Assembly (NCBI GenBank): GCA_963662405.2
Contig: CAXXKT010000001.1
Coordinates: forward strand, 1,952,001-2,016,000
Reading direction: 5' to 3'
DNA: 64,000 bases
Origin: Syntrophales bacterium
GTDB taxonomy: Bacteria; Desulfobacterota; Syntrophia; Syntrophales; UBA2210
Program-made: the position numbers and the translations under genes
Shown here: positions 38,220 to 47,558 of the stretch, in pieces
How the letters are laid out: each line of letters begins with the position of its first letter
How positions within the stretch are numbered: the first letter of the stretch is position 1
Notes under the pieces: model-generated
What the model was told of the DNA's origin: nothing
Seen by the model: only the letters and a program-made list of their open reading frames with translations
The model's database searches: none

Positions 38220-39494
38220 ATGATGGAGCACACGGCTTCCAGATCACCCAACCAGAGCGATCCGCTCAGGATATGTCTCTTGACCTACCGGGGCAATCCC
38301 ACGTGCGGGGGGCAGGGGGTATACATCAAGTATCTCAGCAGGGCGTTGGCGGAGTTGGGACATACCGTTGACGTCGTGTCGGGCCCTCCCTATCCGGAGC
38401 TGACCGATGGGATCGGACTTCACAAACTGCCGAATCTCGATCTGTACAATCCCGAACACCTCTTCAGACCGGCGAGCTACAGTGGTCTCTTGCGGTCGCC
38501 GATCAATCAAATAGAGCTCCTCGGGGTTTCGCTGGGGGGATTCCCTGAGCCCCTGACCTTCGGATTAAGAACCTATCATCACTTCAGGAGAAAGAGGCCG
38601 CGCTACGATATCGTACACGACAATCAGTGCCTCTCGTACGGACTCCTGGGTCTCCCCGGTCTCGGATTTCCCACCGTGGCAACCATCCACCATCCGATCA
38701 CCGTTGACCGTGATGTGGAGATCAAATCTTCCCCCTCTCTCTTTCAGAAATTCAAGACATGGCGATGGTATTCCTTTCTCGGTATGCAGAAGCGCGTCTC
38801 GCGCCGTCTCTCCCATATCATCACCGTCTCGGAATGTTCGAAGAAGGATATCAGCAGGGACTTCCGGACATCGAGCCACCGGTTCCGGGTCGTCCCGAAC
38901 GGGATCAATACCGACTTCTTCTATCCCCTCCCGGATGTGGGGCGGAGTGATAACCAGATCCTGGTCACCAACAGCGCCGACACCCCCCTCAAGGGGCTCA
39001 GATATCTTCTCGAGGCCGTGGCATCGATAAAAAAGAAGCGGAAGATCGGTCTCACCGTTGTCGGGACCCCGAAGAAGAAAGGGGTGATCGAAGGCCTTGT
39101 GAGGACCCTTGGAATCGGCGACTGTGTCCGGTTCACGGGGCGTATCGCATACGAGGAATTTGCCTCCTACTATGCCCGTGCCACGATGGCCGTGATCCCC
39201 TCCCTGTACGAGGGGTTCGGGATGCCGGCCGGTGAGGCCATGGCCTGCGGCGTGCCGGTGATCAGCACCGTGGGGGGAGCCCTGCCCGAGGTGGTGGGCG
39301 ACGCGGGGATCCTGGTGCCGACCGCCGACAGCGGGGCGCTGGAAGGGGCAATCGTATCGCTCCTGGATAATCCGGACCTGCGGGGCCGGCTGGGGGAGGC
39401 GGGAATCAGACGGGTACAGGATTCATTTACGTGGCGGCACGCGGCACAGAGGACCGTCGACGTATACCGGGAAGCCATTCATGCTCACTGCTGA
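38220..39494 (+). CDS. GT4 glycosyltransferase, similar to mycobacterial MMP mannosyltransferase ManT
   Basis: LLTYRGNPTCGGQGVY...SGPPYP, GGFPEPLTF, HDNQCL, HHPITVD, YEGFGMPAGEAMACG. Confidence 0.9.
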   Translation: MMEHTASRSPNQSDPLRICLLTYRGNPTCGGQGVYIKYLSRALAELGHTVDVVSGPPYPELTDGIGLHKLPNLDLYNPEHLFRPASYSGLLRSPINQIELLGVSLGGFPEPLTFGLRTYHHFRRKRPRYDIVHDNQCLSYGLLGLPGLGFPTVATIHHPITVDRDVEIKSSPSLFQKFKTWRWYSFLGMQKRVSRRLSHIITVSECSKKDISRDFRTSSHRFRVVPNGINTDFFYPLPDVGRSDNQILVTNSADTPLKGLRYLLEAVASIKKKRKIGLTVVGTPKKKGVIEGLVRTLGIGDCVRFTGRIAYEEFASYYARATMAVIPSLYEGFGMPAGEAMACGVPVISTVGGALPEVVGDAGILVPTADSGALEGAIVSLLDNPDLRGRLGEAGIRRVQDSFTWRHAAQRTVDVYREAIHAHC

Positions 39495-40182
39495 TTTTGA
39501 CCTGCTAGGGATACGGCCGGGAGACCGGGTCCTCGACGCCGGATGCGGTACCGGACGCCACGCCTGCGAGATATTCCGGACCAGAGGGGCGGACGTCGTC
39601 GGTGTGGATCTGAACTGGAATGATCTGCAAAAGACGGCCTTCCTCCTGGATAATATGGAAGACGGGCATGATCGTTCGTGGTTGGTGTCGCAGGCCGATG
39701 CCACCCGGCTACCCTTCAGGGACGAGACCTTTGACGTGGTGATCTGCTCGGAGGTCCTGGAGCATATCCCCGCGAACCGGACCGCCATAGCGGAGCTGGT
39801 GAGGGTCCTGAAACCGGGAAAGAATATGGCCGTCAGCGTCCCGCGATTCTTCCCGGAACGCATCTGCTGGGCGCTCTCGTCGGCCTATCACAACGAACCG
39901 GGGGGGCATATACGGATTTACACGAAGAAAGGGCTGATTTCACTGCTGGAGGAGGCGGGGACCCGCTGCTGGCGGATTCGCTACAAACACGCCCTGCATG
40001 CCCCGTACTGGTGGCTGAAGTGCCTCGTCGGCCACCAGAACGAAGAATCCCGGTGGGTCAATCTCTACAAGAAGTTCCTTGAGTGGGACATTATGAAACA
40101 TCCTCCCCTGACCAGGGGACTGGATCGGATCTTGAACCCACTGATAGCCAAGAGCGTGGTCTTATACCTCAGAAAAGGATGA
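39481..40182 (+). CDS. Class I SAM-dependent methyltransferase
   Basis: MLTADFD.LG...DAGCGTGRH, SEVLEHI, PERICWALS..YH..PGGHIRIY, HALHAPYWWLKC. Confidence 0.9.
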   Translation: MLTADFDLLGIRPGDRVLDAGCGTGRHACEIFRTRGADVVGVDLNWNDLQKTAFLLDNMEDGHDRSWLVSQADATRLPFRDETFDVVICSEVLEHIPANRTAIAELVRVLKPGKNMAVSVPRFFPERICWALSSAYHNEPGGHIRIYTKKGLISLLEEAGTRCWRIRYKHALHAPYWWLKCLVGHQNEESRWVNLYKKFLEWDIMKHPPLTRGLDRILNPLIAKSVVLYLRKG

Positions 40183-41291
40183 CGGATATGGAGCTGAATC
40201 TTTCAAGGAACATCGTGGGGCAGTTTGTCAACTGCGACCAAATGGGGGTGTTCATCTGCGGCCTGCAGAGGGAGAGCGGAGAGATCCCGGGATCGAAAGA
40301 GGGGCAAACGGACCCATGGGATCATATCGAAAGCGCCATGGGACTCGCCGTTGCCGGATATGTCGATGAGGCCCGGCGCGCCTACGGGTGGATGAGGGAG
40401 GCGCAGCTCGATGACGGGAGCTGGTGGGCGGCCTACCGTGACGGTGTCCCGGAGGACCGGAGAAGGGACGCCAACTTCTCTGCCTATATCGCCGTGGGTC
40501 TCTTTCATTATTATCTGATAACGAAGGATCTTGTCTTTGTGCGGGAGATGTGGCCCACCGTCAGCGCCGGTATCGATTTTGCGCTCAGCCTCCAGGCCCC
40601 GACGGGCGAGATCTACTGGTCCATCGATCCCGACGGCGTCGTGGACCGGATGGCACTCCTCACCGGTTCCAGTTCCATCTATATGAGCATCAAGTGTGCC
40701 CTGGTTATCGCCCTGCTGGCGGGTGAAGACCGCCCCCAATGGAGGGTCGCCCTCGAAAAGCTGGGGAATGCCATCCGCACACTCCCCAATCGCTTCAACA
40801 TGATCAAGTCGCGCTACTCTATGGACTGGTACTACCCTATCCTGTGTGGTGCCGTTGCGGGAGCCGAAGCCGACAAACGGATCGACAAATCCTGGGACAA
40901 GTTCGTCGAGCCCGGCTGGGGGGTCCGGTGCGTCTCGGATCGCCCTTGGGCGACGATGGCGGAGACATCCGAACTGGTCATGGCCCTCATGGCCATTGAT
41001 CGGGTCGAGGAGGCGCGGGTCGTCTTCAGGTCCCTGGAGGGAAAATGCTATGACGACGGTTCGTACTGGATGGGCGTGACCTTCCCCGACAAGGTCATAT
41101 GGCCCGAGGAACGGACCTCATGGACAACGGCCGCCGTCCTCCTTGCCTATGACGCCCTTAACAGCCTGACCCCCGCGAGTTGTCTCTTCAGTCACCATTT
41201 CTGGTGGAGCTGCGGGGTCGGTCGTGCCCGTGGACGTCACCTGTGGCTGGATCAACAGGCCACGGAACAGATCGGGGGAGAGGTCCTGTGA
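40179..41291 (+). CDS. (alpha/alpha)6 glycoside hydrolase-like protein, MmpH-like (often annotated prenyltransferase)
   Basis: TDPWDHIESAMGL, ALLTGSSSIY, YSMDWYYP, RCVSDRPW.T.AETSEL, WPEERTSWT. Confidence 0.8.
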   Translation: MTDMELNLSRNIVGQFVNCDQMGVFICGLQRESGEIPGSKEGQTDPWDHIESAMGLAVAGYVDEARRAYGWMREAQLDDGSWWAAYRDGVPEDRRRDANFSAYIAVGLFHYYLITKDLVFVREMWPTVSAGIDFALSLQAPTGEIYWSIDPDGVVDRMALLTGSSSIYMSIKCALVIALLAGEDRPQWRVALEKLGNAIRTLPNRFNMIKSRYSMDWYYPILCGAVAGAEADKRIDKSWDKFVEPGWGVRCVSDRPWATMAETSELVMALMAIDRVEEARVVFRSLEGKCYDDGSYWMGVTFPDKVIWPEERTSWTTAAVLLAYDALNSLTPASCLFSHHFWWSCGVGRARGRHLWLDQQATEQIGGEVL

Positions 41292-42010
41292 GGAGAGACC
41301 ACCGACCTTATCTTCTCAAGCAGTGGGACATCAGATTTCAGAGATGGTACACGAAGCGGTTCCTGCGTCCTCAGTTCGAGCACCTGGGTGAACGTCACAC
41401 CTTCATGAAACCGTGGTACGTCGAGTTATTCGGCGGACCGGTCTTCTTGGGGAGATGCGCCCACGTCATTGCCGCCCCGGACAAGAGAGTGCGGTTGACT
41501 GTCTGGACAATTCCCGATGAAGCGGGAGCCATACGGATCGGTGATTACTGCCTCATCTGTCCCGGCGTCCGGATCAGCGCGGCCAGCGAGATCACCATCG
41601 GCGACAGCTGCATGATGGCACAGGGGGTCTTGATCACCGATGCGGACTGGCACGGGGTGTACGACCGGAGCCAGTCGGTAGGGCAGGCGGCTCCCGTCAG
41701 GATCGGTAACAACGTCTGGATCGGCGACAGCGCGATCGTCGGGAAAGGGGTGACGATCGGTGACAACAGCATCGTCGGCGCGGGCGCCGTCGTCACGAAG
41801 GATATCCCCTCCGATGTGATCGCCGCCGGCAACCCGGCGGCCGTCGTCAAGAAACTCGACAAACGGCGGCGCATGACGACACGCGCCGACTGGTTTGCCG
41901 ATCCCGATGACCTAGCGAGACGGTTTCAGGAGATCGACTGGGAACGCATGGGGGGAAACACGACCGTGGGGTGGCTCCGATCCCTTGTCTTCCCGAAGAA
42001 GGGAGACTAA
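41288..42010 (+). CDS. Hexapeptide-repeat (left-handed beta-helix) O-acyltransferase
   Basis: ITIGDSC, ITDADWH, IGNNVWIG, GAGAVVTKDIP, AGNPA. Confidence 0.9.
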   Translation: MRRDHRPYLLKQWDIRFQRWYTKRFLRPQFEHLGERHTFMKPWYVELFGGPVFLGRCAHVIAAPDKRVRLTVWTIPDEAGAIRIGDYCLICPGVRISAASEITIGDSCMMAQGVLITDADWHGVYDRSQSVGQAAPVRIGNNVWIGDSAIVGKGVTIGDNSIVGAGAVVTKDIPSDVIAAGNPAAVVKKLDKRRRMTTRADWFADPDDLARRFQEIDWERMGGNTTVGWLRSLVFPKKGD

Positions 42011-42035
42011 AAAACAGCGCCCATTTTGACAGTAG

Positions 42036-42284
42036 CTACTCCACCTCTTCAATAAAACCTTCCTTTATGAGAAAGTCGCAGAGATGCAGGATGGCCCATT
42101 CGATAGGGACTTCCTCGTATATGGAATAGTGGCAATCGTACACCTTCGTCAATGTGCGGGTGTCATCGTCTGAGCACCCCGCGCGGATAAGGTCGAAGAG
42201 GGTTATTTTCTTCAGTTGGCGGTATGATGTGCCGTTGTGTGTGCAGGTTTTCATCTCTTCTGTGCCCACGTCACCACGTTCATA
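42036..42284 (-). CDS. Small hypothetical protein (start uncertain)
   Basis: Protein-like ORF in an intergenic gap; ggag RBS upstream. Confidence 0.4.
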   Translation of the reverse strand, partial: YERGDVGTEEMKTCTHNGTSYRQLKKITLFDLIRAGCSDDDTRTLTKVYDCHYSIYEEVPIEWAILHLCDFLIKEGFIEEVE

Positions 42285-42571
42285 CATATGTCTGTTGATT
42301 GTTTCTCTCCATCTGCCTGATATCAATATCCGGAAAATCACCGGTTTTCAACCCAATCTTTTCCATGGCGGGGTATGGAGGCGTGATGCCCCGGTTTGTC
42401 GGACACTTCAGGTATTTATGTTTGACGGTCGGTGAGGATCAGAGTAAAACGACGTCTAAACTGAGCGTTCCCCGTGTCATGTGCGCCCGGTGGGAGAAAA
42501 ACGATTTCATGGGGGGCGAGTTCCTGTCGCTTCCTGCACATCAGTATCAGTTTTTATATATAGGGATTTCT

Positions 42572-45445
42572 ATGAGCACCCACCCATTTTTGCGACTGGC
42601 GGTATATACGCTCTTTTTTGTCTCGGGCCTTACCGGATTGGTGTATGAAGTTACGTGGACACGGATACTCACGACCGTTTTCGGGAGTACCACCTACGCA
42701 GTGACATCGGTTCTCTCCGCCTTTATGGGAGGACTGGCCGTCGGCAGTTTTTTCATCGGGAGGTATATCGAAAGAAGACGGAATCCGATCGTAGTCTATG
42801 CTGTTCTTGAGATCGGGATCGGGATAACGGCCCTCTTGATTCCCACTGTCTTCAAGGTCCTGGATACCGTCTATCCGTTCATCTATGCATATACCACCCA
42901 TTCCGTCTGGGCGCTGGTACCGATAAAGGTCGTTTTGTCTCTCCTGGTGCTCTTTGTTCCCACGTTTCTCATGGGCGGGACACTCCCCGTTCTCTGTAAG
43001 TTGTTTATCCACCGGCCACAGGAGAGCGGGAAAGAGGTCGGAATCCTGTACGCGATCAACACGATCGGCGCGACGGTCGGGGCCTTTGTCGCGGGTTTCT
43101 TCCTTATCGAACTGCTGGGAATCCTGAAGACGATTCAGGTGGCTGCGGGGGTCAACATCCTGCTGGGGGTCGCCTTTCTGATCCTCAATCTTTTCTCCAA
43201 AGACATGATGGCGGAAAGAGAAACGGCGACACCGGACGAAGAAGATTCCCGTGGTATCGATACCATCTCACCGTCATATTCCGTTCTGATCCTTGTCGGG
43301 TTTTTCCTGGCCGGTTTCGTGTCCCTTTCCTATGAGGTGCTCTGGACACGTCTCCTCGTCTTCAAACTGAAGATGACCATCTATGCCTTTTCGATCATGC
43401 TGACCACCTTTCTTCTGGGGATCGGTATCGGGAGCATGGCGGTTGCGATCATCGAGAAATATCATCTCATCAGGAATCACGCCCGGGCATTCGGGGTGGT
43501 GGAATCGTTGATCGGTATTCTGGGGCTGGTGACGATCGTCCTTTTCAGCCGGATCGATTCCATCCACCTCTTCGATACGGTTGGATTTTTCAAATCGTCA
43601 CTCTCCTGGCACAGGCTGGTCTTCACGGAGATCCTGTTGGCGGGGATGATCATGATCGTTCCGACGATCCTGATGGGGATGACCCTCCCCCTGGTGAGCA
43701 GGATATTCACCCGGGATATCCGGATCGTCGGTAAAACCATCGGTGGCATCTATGCCGTCAACACCGTGGGCTGCATCCTGGGCTCCTCTGTGACCGGTTT
43801 TGTCCTTGTCACGGTATTGGGGACCCAACACAGCATCATCCTCATATCGCTGATTGCCCTGGCCGTCGGGACGGTCATTGTCCTCATGAACCGGCGGGAG
43901 TTGCGTGAATCGCAAAGATTCGGACGTTCCTCCGTGATATTTTCGGGAATCATGTGGACCGCCGCCGTCGCCGTGATTGTGTGGCTCCCGAAGGATATCC
44001 TTTTCCGGTACTACAATATATTTGAAGAGCAGTTTTTTAAGGATACCAAGATCCTGTACGCGAACGAGGGCATCGAATGCATCACCACCGTCCATCAATA
44101 TCCGGACGGGTTTAGGGGTCTTTCAACAAGCTCGGTGAACATCGCCGGGACGCACTACACGCACCGGACCACCCAGAAGCTCCAGGCCCATGTCCCCATG
44201 CTCCTCCATCCTGATCCGAAGGAGGTTTTGCAGGTCGGATTCGGGAGCGGTGAGACCAGCCACATCGTGACGACGTATGACATAGAACGGCTCGATCTGG
44301 TGGAGATCAGCCGCGAGGTCATCGACACGGCGACACGGTATTTCGGAGAGATCAATCACGATGTGGCCCAGCATCCCCGGTTTCATCCCATCATCATGGA
44401 CGGGGCAAACTATGTCCACCTGACCGGGAAGAAGTACGATCTTATCCTGAACGATGCCTCATGGCCGGGGTATACCGGATGCTCGGCCCTCTATTCGAAA
44501 GACTACTTCGAGAATGCGAAGAAGCTTTTGAAACCCGGCGGCATGATGACCAGCTGGTTTCCAATCATGGAAGGGGATGATTTCAAGATCCTGCTCAAGA
44601 CCTTCCATTCGGTTTTTCCCTATGTCTCCGTGTGGCTGGCCATGACTCACGTCAACAAACATGCCCTGGTCGCCGGATCTTTGCATAAACCGGAGATCGA
44701 CGCGAAACAGTTCCTGAGACGGTTCGTGCGGTATGCCCGGGATGATCTGAGGGTCGTCGACCTGGACAACCCCGTCTTCTTCCTCGATGCCTATCAGGTG
44801 GATGAAACCGCTCTGGGTGATGTGCTCGATTCCGTCCCCCTGCATACCCGTGATCATCCCATACTGGAGTTCACCGAGCGTAAAAAGGACCCGGTCGAAA
44901 ATATCTCCGCCCTGCGAACGATTACGGGGCATAATGTGTCGGCGATACCATATCTGAAAAACGGAGAGGACATATCCATCAATGAGGAACCCTTTCTGCA
45001 GGCCCTTGCGGACGCGCGTGAGGCAACCGGGCTGGTCATGGAAGGGTATATCCGGGTCATTGGTTCCGGTGGGTACCAGCCTCAATATGAATCAGAATTC
45101 AAGGAGGCATTGCTGATCGACCCCTTCCATCCCGGGGCAAACTACTTTTTCTTCCGCATGTTCAAGATCCATTGCAATCTGGCGGGAGACTATGCGGAAA
45201 GCCGGAATGACCAGTATGCCGCGTACTGCTACCGGCTGGCCTTGCGGGAGATCAATTTTTACCTCTCACTGCGGCCGGATGTTGCGGCGGCGTATCATAA
45301 CCGGGGGCTCATCTATCTGAAGGGAGGAACCTATCTGGGGCTCCAGGGAGAAGAGAGTGAAGAGAAGGCCAAGGAAGATTTTGCCAGGGCACGGATGCTG
45401 GAATCCCAATATGCCCCGCCGGAAGATGCCGGCGACAGGTCGTGA
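42572..45445 (+). CDS. Fused membrane (MFS-like) / spermidine synthase-like protein with TPR-like tail
   Basis: SGLTGLVYEVTWTR repeated as AGFVSLSYEVLWTR; VGFGSGET, VEIS, DGANY, YDLILND. Confidence 0.88.
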   Translation: MSTHPFLRLAVYTLFFVSGLTGLVYEVTWTRILTTVFGSTTYAVTSVLSAFMGGLAVGSFFIGRYIERRRNPIVVYAVLEIGIGITALLIPTVFKVLDTVYPFIYAYTTHSVWALVPIKVVLSLLVLFVPTFLMGGTLPVLCKLFIHRPQESGKEVGILYAINTIGATVGAFVAGFFLIELLGILKTIQVAAGVNILLGVAFLILNLFSKDMMAERETATPDEEDSRGIDTISPSYSVLILVGFFLAGFVSLSYEVLWTRLLVFKLKMTIYAFSIMLTTFLLGIGIGSMAVAIIEKYHLIRNHARAFGVVESLIGILGLVTIVLFSRIDSIHLFDTVGFFKSSLSWHRLVFTEILLAGMIMIVPTILMGMTLPLVSRIFTRDIRIVGKTIGGIYAVNTVGCILGSSVTGFVLVTVLGTQHSIILISLIALAVGTVIVLMNRRELRESQRFGRSSVIFSGIMWTAAVAVIVWLPKDILFRYYNIFEEQFFKDTKILYANEGIECITTVHQYPDGFRGLSTSSVNIAGTHYTHRTTQKLQAHVPMLLHPDPKEVLQVGFGSGETSHIVTTYDIERLDLVEISREVIDTATRYFGEINHDVAQHPRFHPIIMDGANYVHLTGKKYDLILNDASWPGYTGCSALYSKDYFENAKKLLKPGGMMTSWFPIMEGDDFKILLKTFHSVFPYVSVWLAMTHVNKHALVAGSLHKPEIDAKQFLRRFVRYARDDLRVVDLDNPVFFLDAYQVDETALGDVLDSVPLHTRDHPILEFTERKKDPVENISALRTITGHNVSAIPYLKNGEDISINEEPFLQALADAREATGLVMEGYIRVIGSGGYQPQYESEFKEALLIDPFHPGANYFFFRMFKIHCNLAGDYAESRNDQYAAYCYRLALREINFYLSLRPDVAAAYHNRGLIYLKGGTYLGLQGEESEEKAKEDFARARMLESQYAPPEDAGDRS

Positions 45446-45806
45446 TGTTTTCACTTTCTTTTCGTAATTTCCGGGAGGTTGAGGATGAAACAGCTTGCAA
45501 AGTTGATGCTCATCGTGTTTATTGTGGTCTGGTTTTCAGGATGTTGCAGCATCCCGGATCTCCCCGGTCCTGTGGGGATTCCCGGACTTTAGAAAAAGCC
45601 CTCCTGGAGGGTACGGCGAGAAATTGCCGGATCGGGTGGATTGAGAGCTGTATCTTCAGGTAGCGCTTGCAGCCGCTCCCTGAAGCTGTCCGTCTACACA
45701 ATATACAGCATGAGGATAACGGATCTTGTTTTCGCACCCGTGACGCGAGTGCCGAAACGAGATCGATTACGGAACAAACAACATTATCAAAGGGAAGGGT
45801 CATGTC

Positions 45807-47417
45807 ATGATTACACGTGCACCGTCATTTTTCGCGAGGGTTTCCTGTCGGTATCTGCTCCTCATAGCCCTGATCGTTCTGGCGATTCACGCCGGGACGG
45901 TGACGGGGGTGAGGGCCGATGATGCCGCCACGGTGGAGGTCGACGCGAATGGCATCGTTGTCACCCCCGCCACCTCCGCGGTGACCTACCTCCTCCTCCG
46001 AGTCGCCGATCCCCGGGGAGATCTGATCAGCGAAGAGAGCACCGCGGGGACCGGGATCACCTGGGCACCGCCGGCGGGGGCGGCGGACGGTTTCTACACC
46101 TGGGAGGTGCGCGCCGGTTTCAGCGCACGGAAGACATCGCGGGATGAGGCCGTGCAGGCACAGGAACAGACCCGCCCGTGGAGTCGGTCGGAGACCTTCC
46201 TCGTCAAGGAGGGTACCATCGTTTCTCCGTCCGGCACGGAAAGCGGTCTCCTCGATAGGCTCTTCTCCACGGCCTCCGCCGCCCTCGGGGTGTTTATGGA
46301 CCTCATGGTCCCGCCGGCCTGGGCGGATCAGGTCTTTCAAGACGATGTTATCGTCCAGGGAAGCCTCGGTGTCGGGATGGACAACGACAACGGTGAGCCC
46401 TTCGGGTACGACACGATCCGCCTCAAGGAGAACAACCTGCGGATCCGTTTTTACGATACCAGCAACAGTGCCTCTTTCCCCACGAACGACTGGCAGATCG
46501 TCATCAACGACTTTTCCAACGGCGGGGCAAATTACTTTGCCGTGGAAGATTTGGATGCGGGGAGGAGACCCTTCACGATAGAGGCCGGGGCACGCAGCAA
46601 CTCTCTGTATGTCGATAACGCGTACTACAGCCGTATCGGTATCGGAACGTCCACGCCGGGCATAACAGGGGGGGTCCACACGGTATGTGGCAACACCCCC
46701 ACCGTCCGGCTCGAGCAGGACGGATCGAGCGGATGGGCGCCACAGACATGGGACGTGGCGGGGCACGAAACCTATTTCTTCATCCGCGACGTGACACACG
46801 GTTCAAATCTCCCCTTCCGGATTTTCCCCGGCACGCCGAGCGATACCCTCTGTGTGGGGTCTGGTAATGGTGCGGAGATGCGTGTCGGGATCGGGACCAG
46901 AAAACCGGCGGCGACATTGGATGTGCAGGGGGACGCACGGATCGGGATCGAATCAGGAACGACGGCGAATGTGGTAGAGGTGTACGGGACCGTCAGGGTC
47001 ACGGCCGGAACGTCCTTTCCTGCGAAGCTGGAGGTGAATGGAAACGCCTTTGTCCTGGGGAATCTCGAGATGGGGAGCAGCAGGGAATACAAGGAAAACA
47101 TCCGGACGCTCGAGGTGGAGGAGGCGATGAAGGCCTTGCAGGAACTCCGCCCCGTCAAATTTCATTACACGGTCGACCCGGACGAGGAATCGGTCGGCTT
47201 CATAGCCGAGGAGGTGCCGGATCTGGTGGCTACCAACAGCAGGAAATCACTGAGCACCATGGATATTGTGGCGGTCATCGCCAGGGTCACCCAGGAACAG
47301 CAGGGGGTTGCACGGGAACAGCAGAAGGTGATCGAACAGCTCACGCTCAAGATCGCCGATCTGGAGAGCAAACTGAAAACGCTCTCGCGGAACACCCACT
47401 CCGGGGGTGCGCTCTGA
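45807..47417 (+). CDS. Secreted fibre-like protein with C-terminal peptidase S74 (intramolecular chaperone) domain
   Basis: Signal peptide; RVGIGT..P...LDV repeats; SSREYKENI...LRPVKFHY...GFIAEEVP; coiled-coil tail. Confidence 0.8.
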   Translation: MITRAPSFFARVSCRYLLLIALIVLAIHAGTVTGVRADDAATVEVDANGIVVTPATSAVTYLLLRVADPRGDLISEESTAGTGITWAPPAGAADGFYTWEVRAGFSARKTSRDEAVQAQEQTRPWSRSETFLVKEGTIVSPSGTESGLLDRLFSTASAALGVFMDLMVPPAWADQVFQDDVIVQGSLGVGMDNDNGEPFGYDTIRLKENNLRIRFYDTSNSASFPTNDWQIVINDFSNGGANYFAVEDLDAGRRPFTIEAGARSNSLYVDNAYYSRIGIGTSTPGITGGVHTVCGNTPTVRLEQDGSSGWAPQTWDVAGHETYFFIRDVTHGSNLPFRIFPGTPSDTLCVGSGNGAEMRVGIGTRKPAATLDVQGDARIGIESGTTANVVEVYGTVRVTAGTSFPAKLEVNGNAFVLGNLEMGSSREYKENIRTLEVEEAMKALQELRPVKFHYTVDPDEESVGFIAEEVPDLVATNSRKSLSTMDIVAVIARVTQEQQGVAREQQKVIEQLTLKIADLESKLKTLSRNTHSGGAL

Positions 47418-47558
47418 GTAACAGCGTCGAACGACCCCCGGATCTTGTGAAACGGGATGGTTCCGATGATTCGCTTCTTCCTGATGCCGGTACACGTGCT
47501 ACGGTCCATGCGTTACGCAGAGAGGTAAAGCGACCATACTCCACTCTATGATGAGGCA

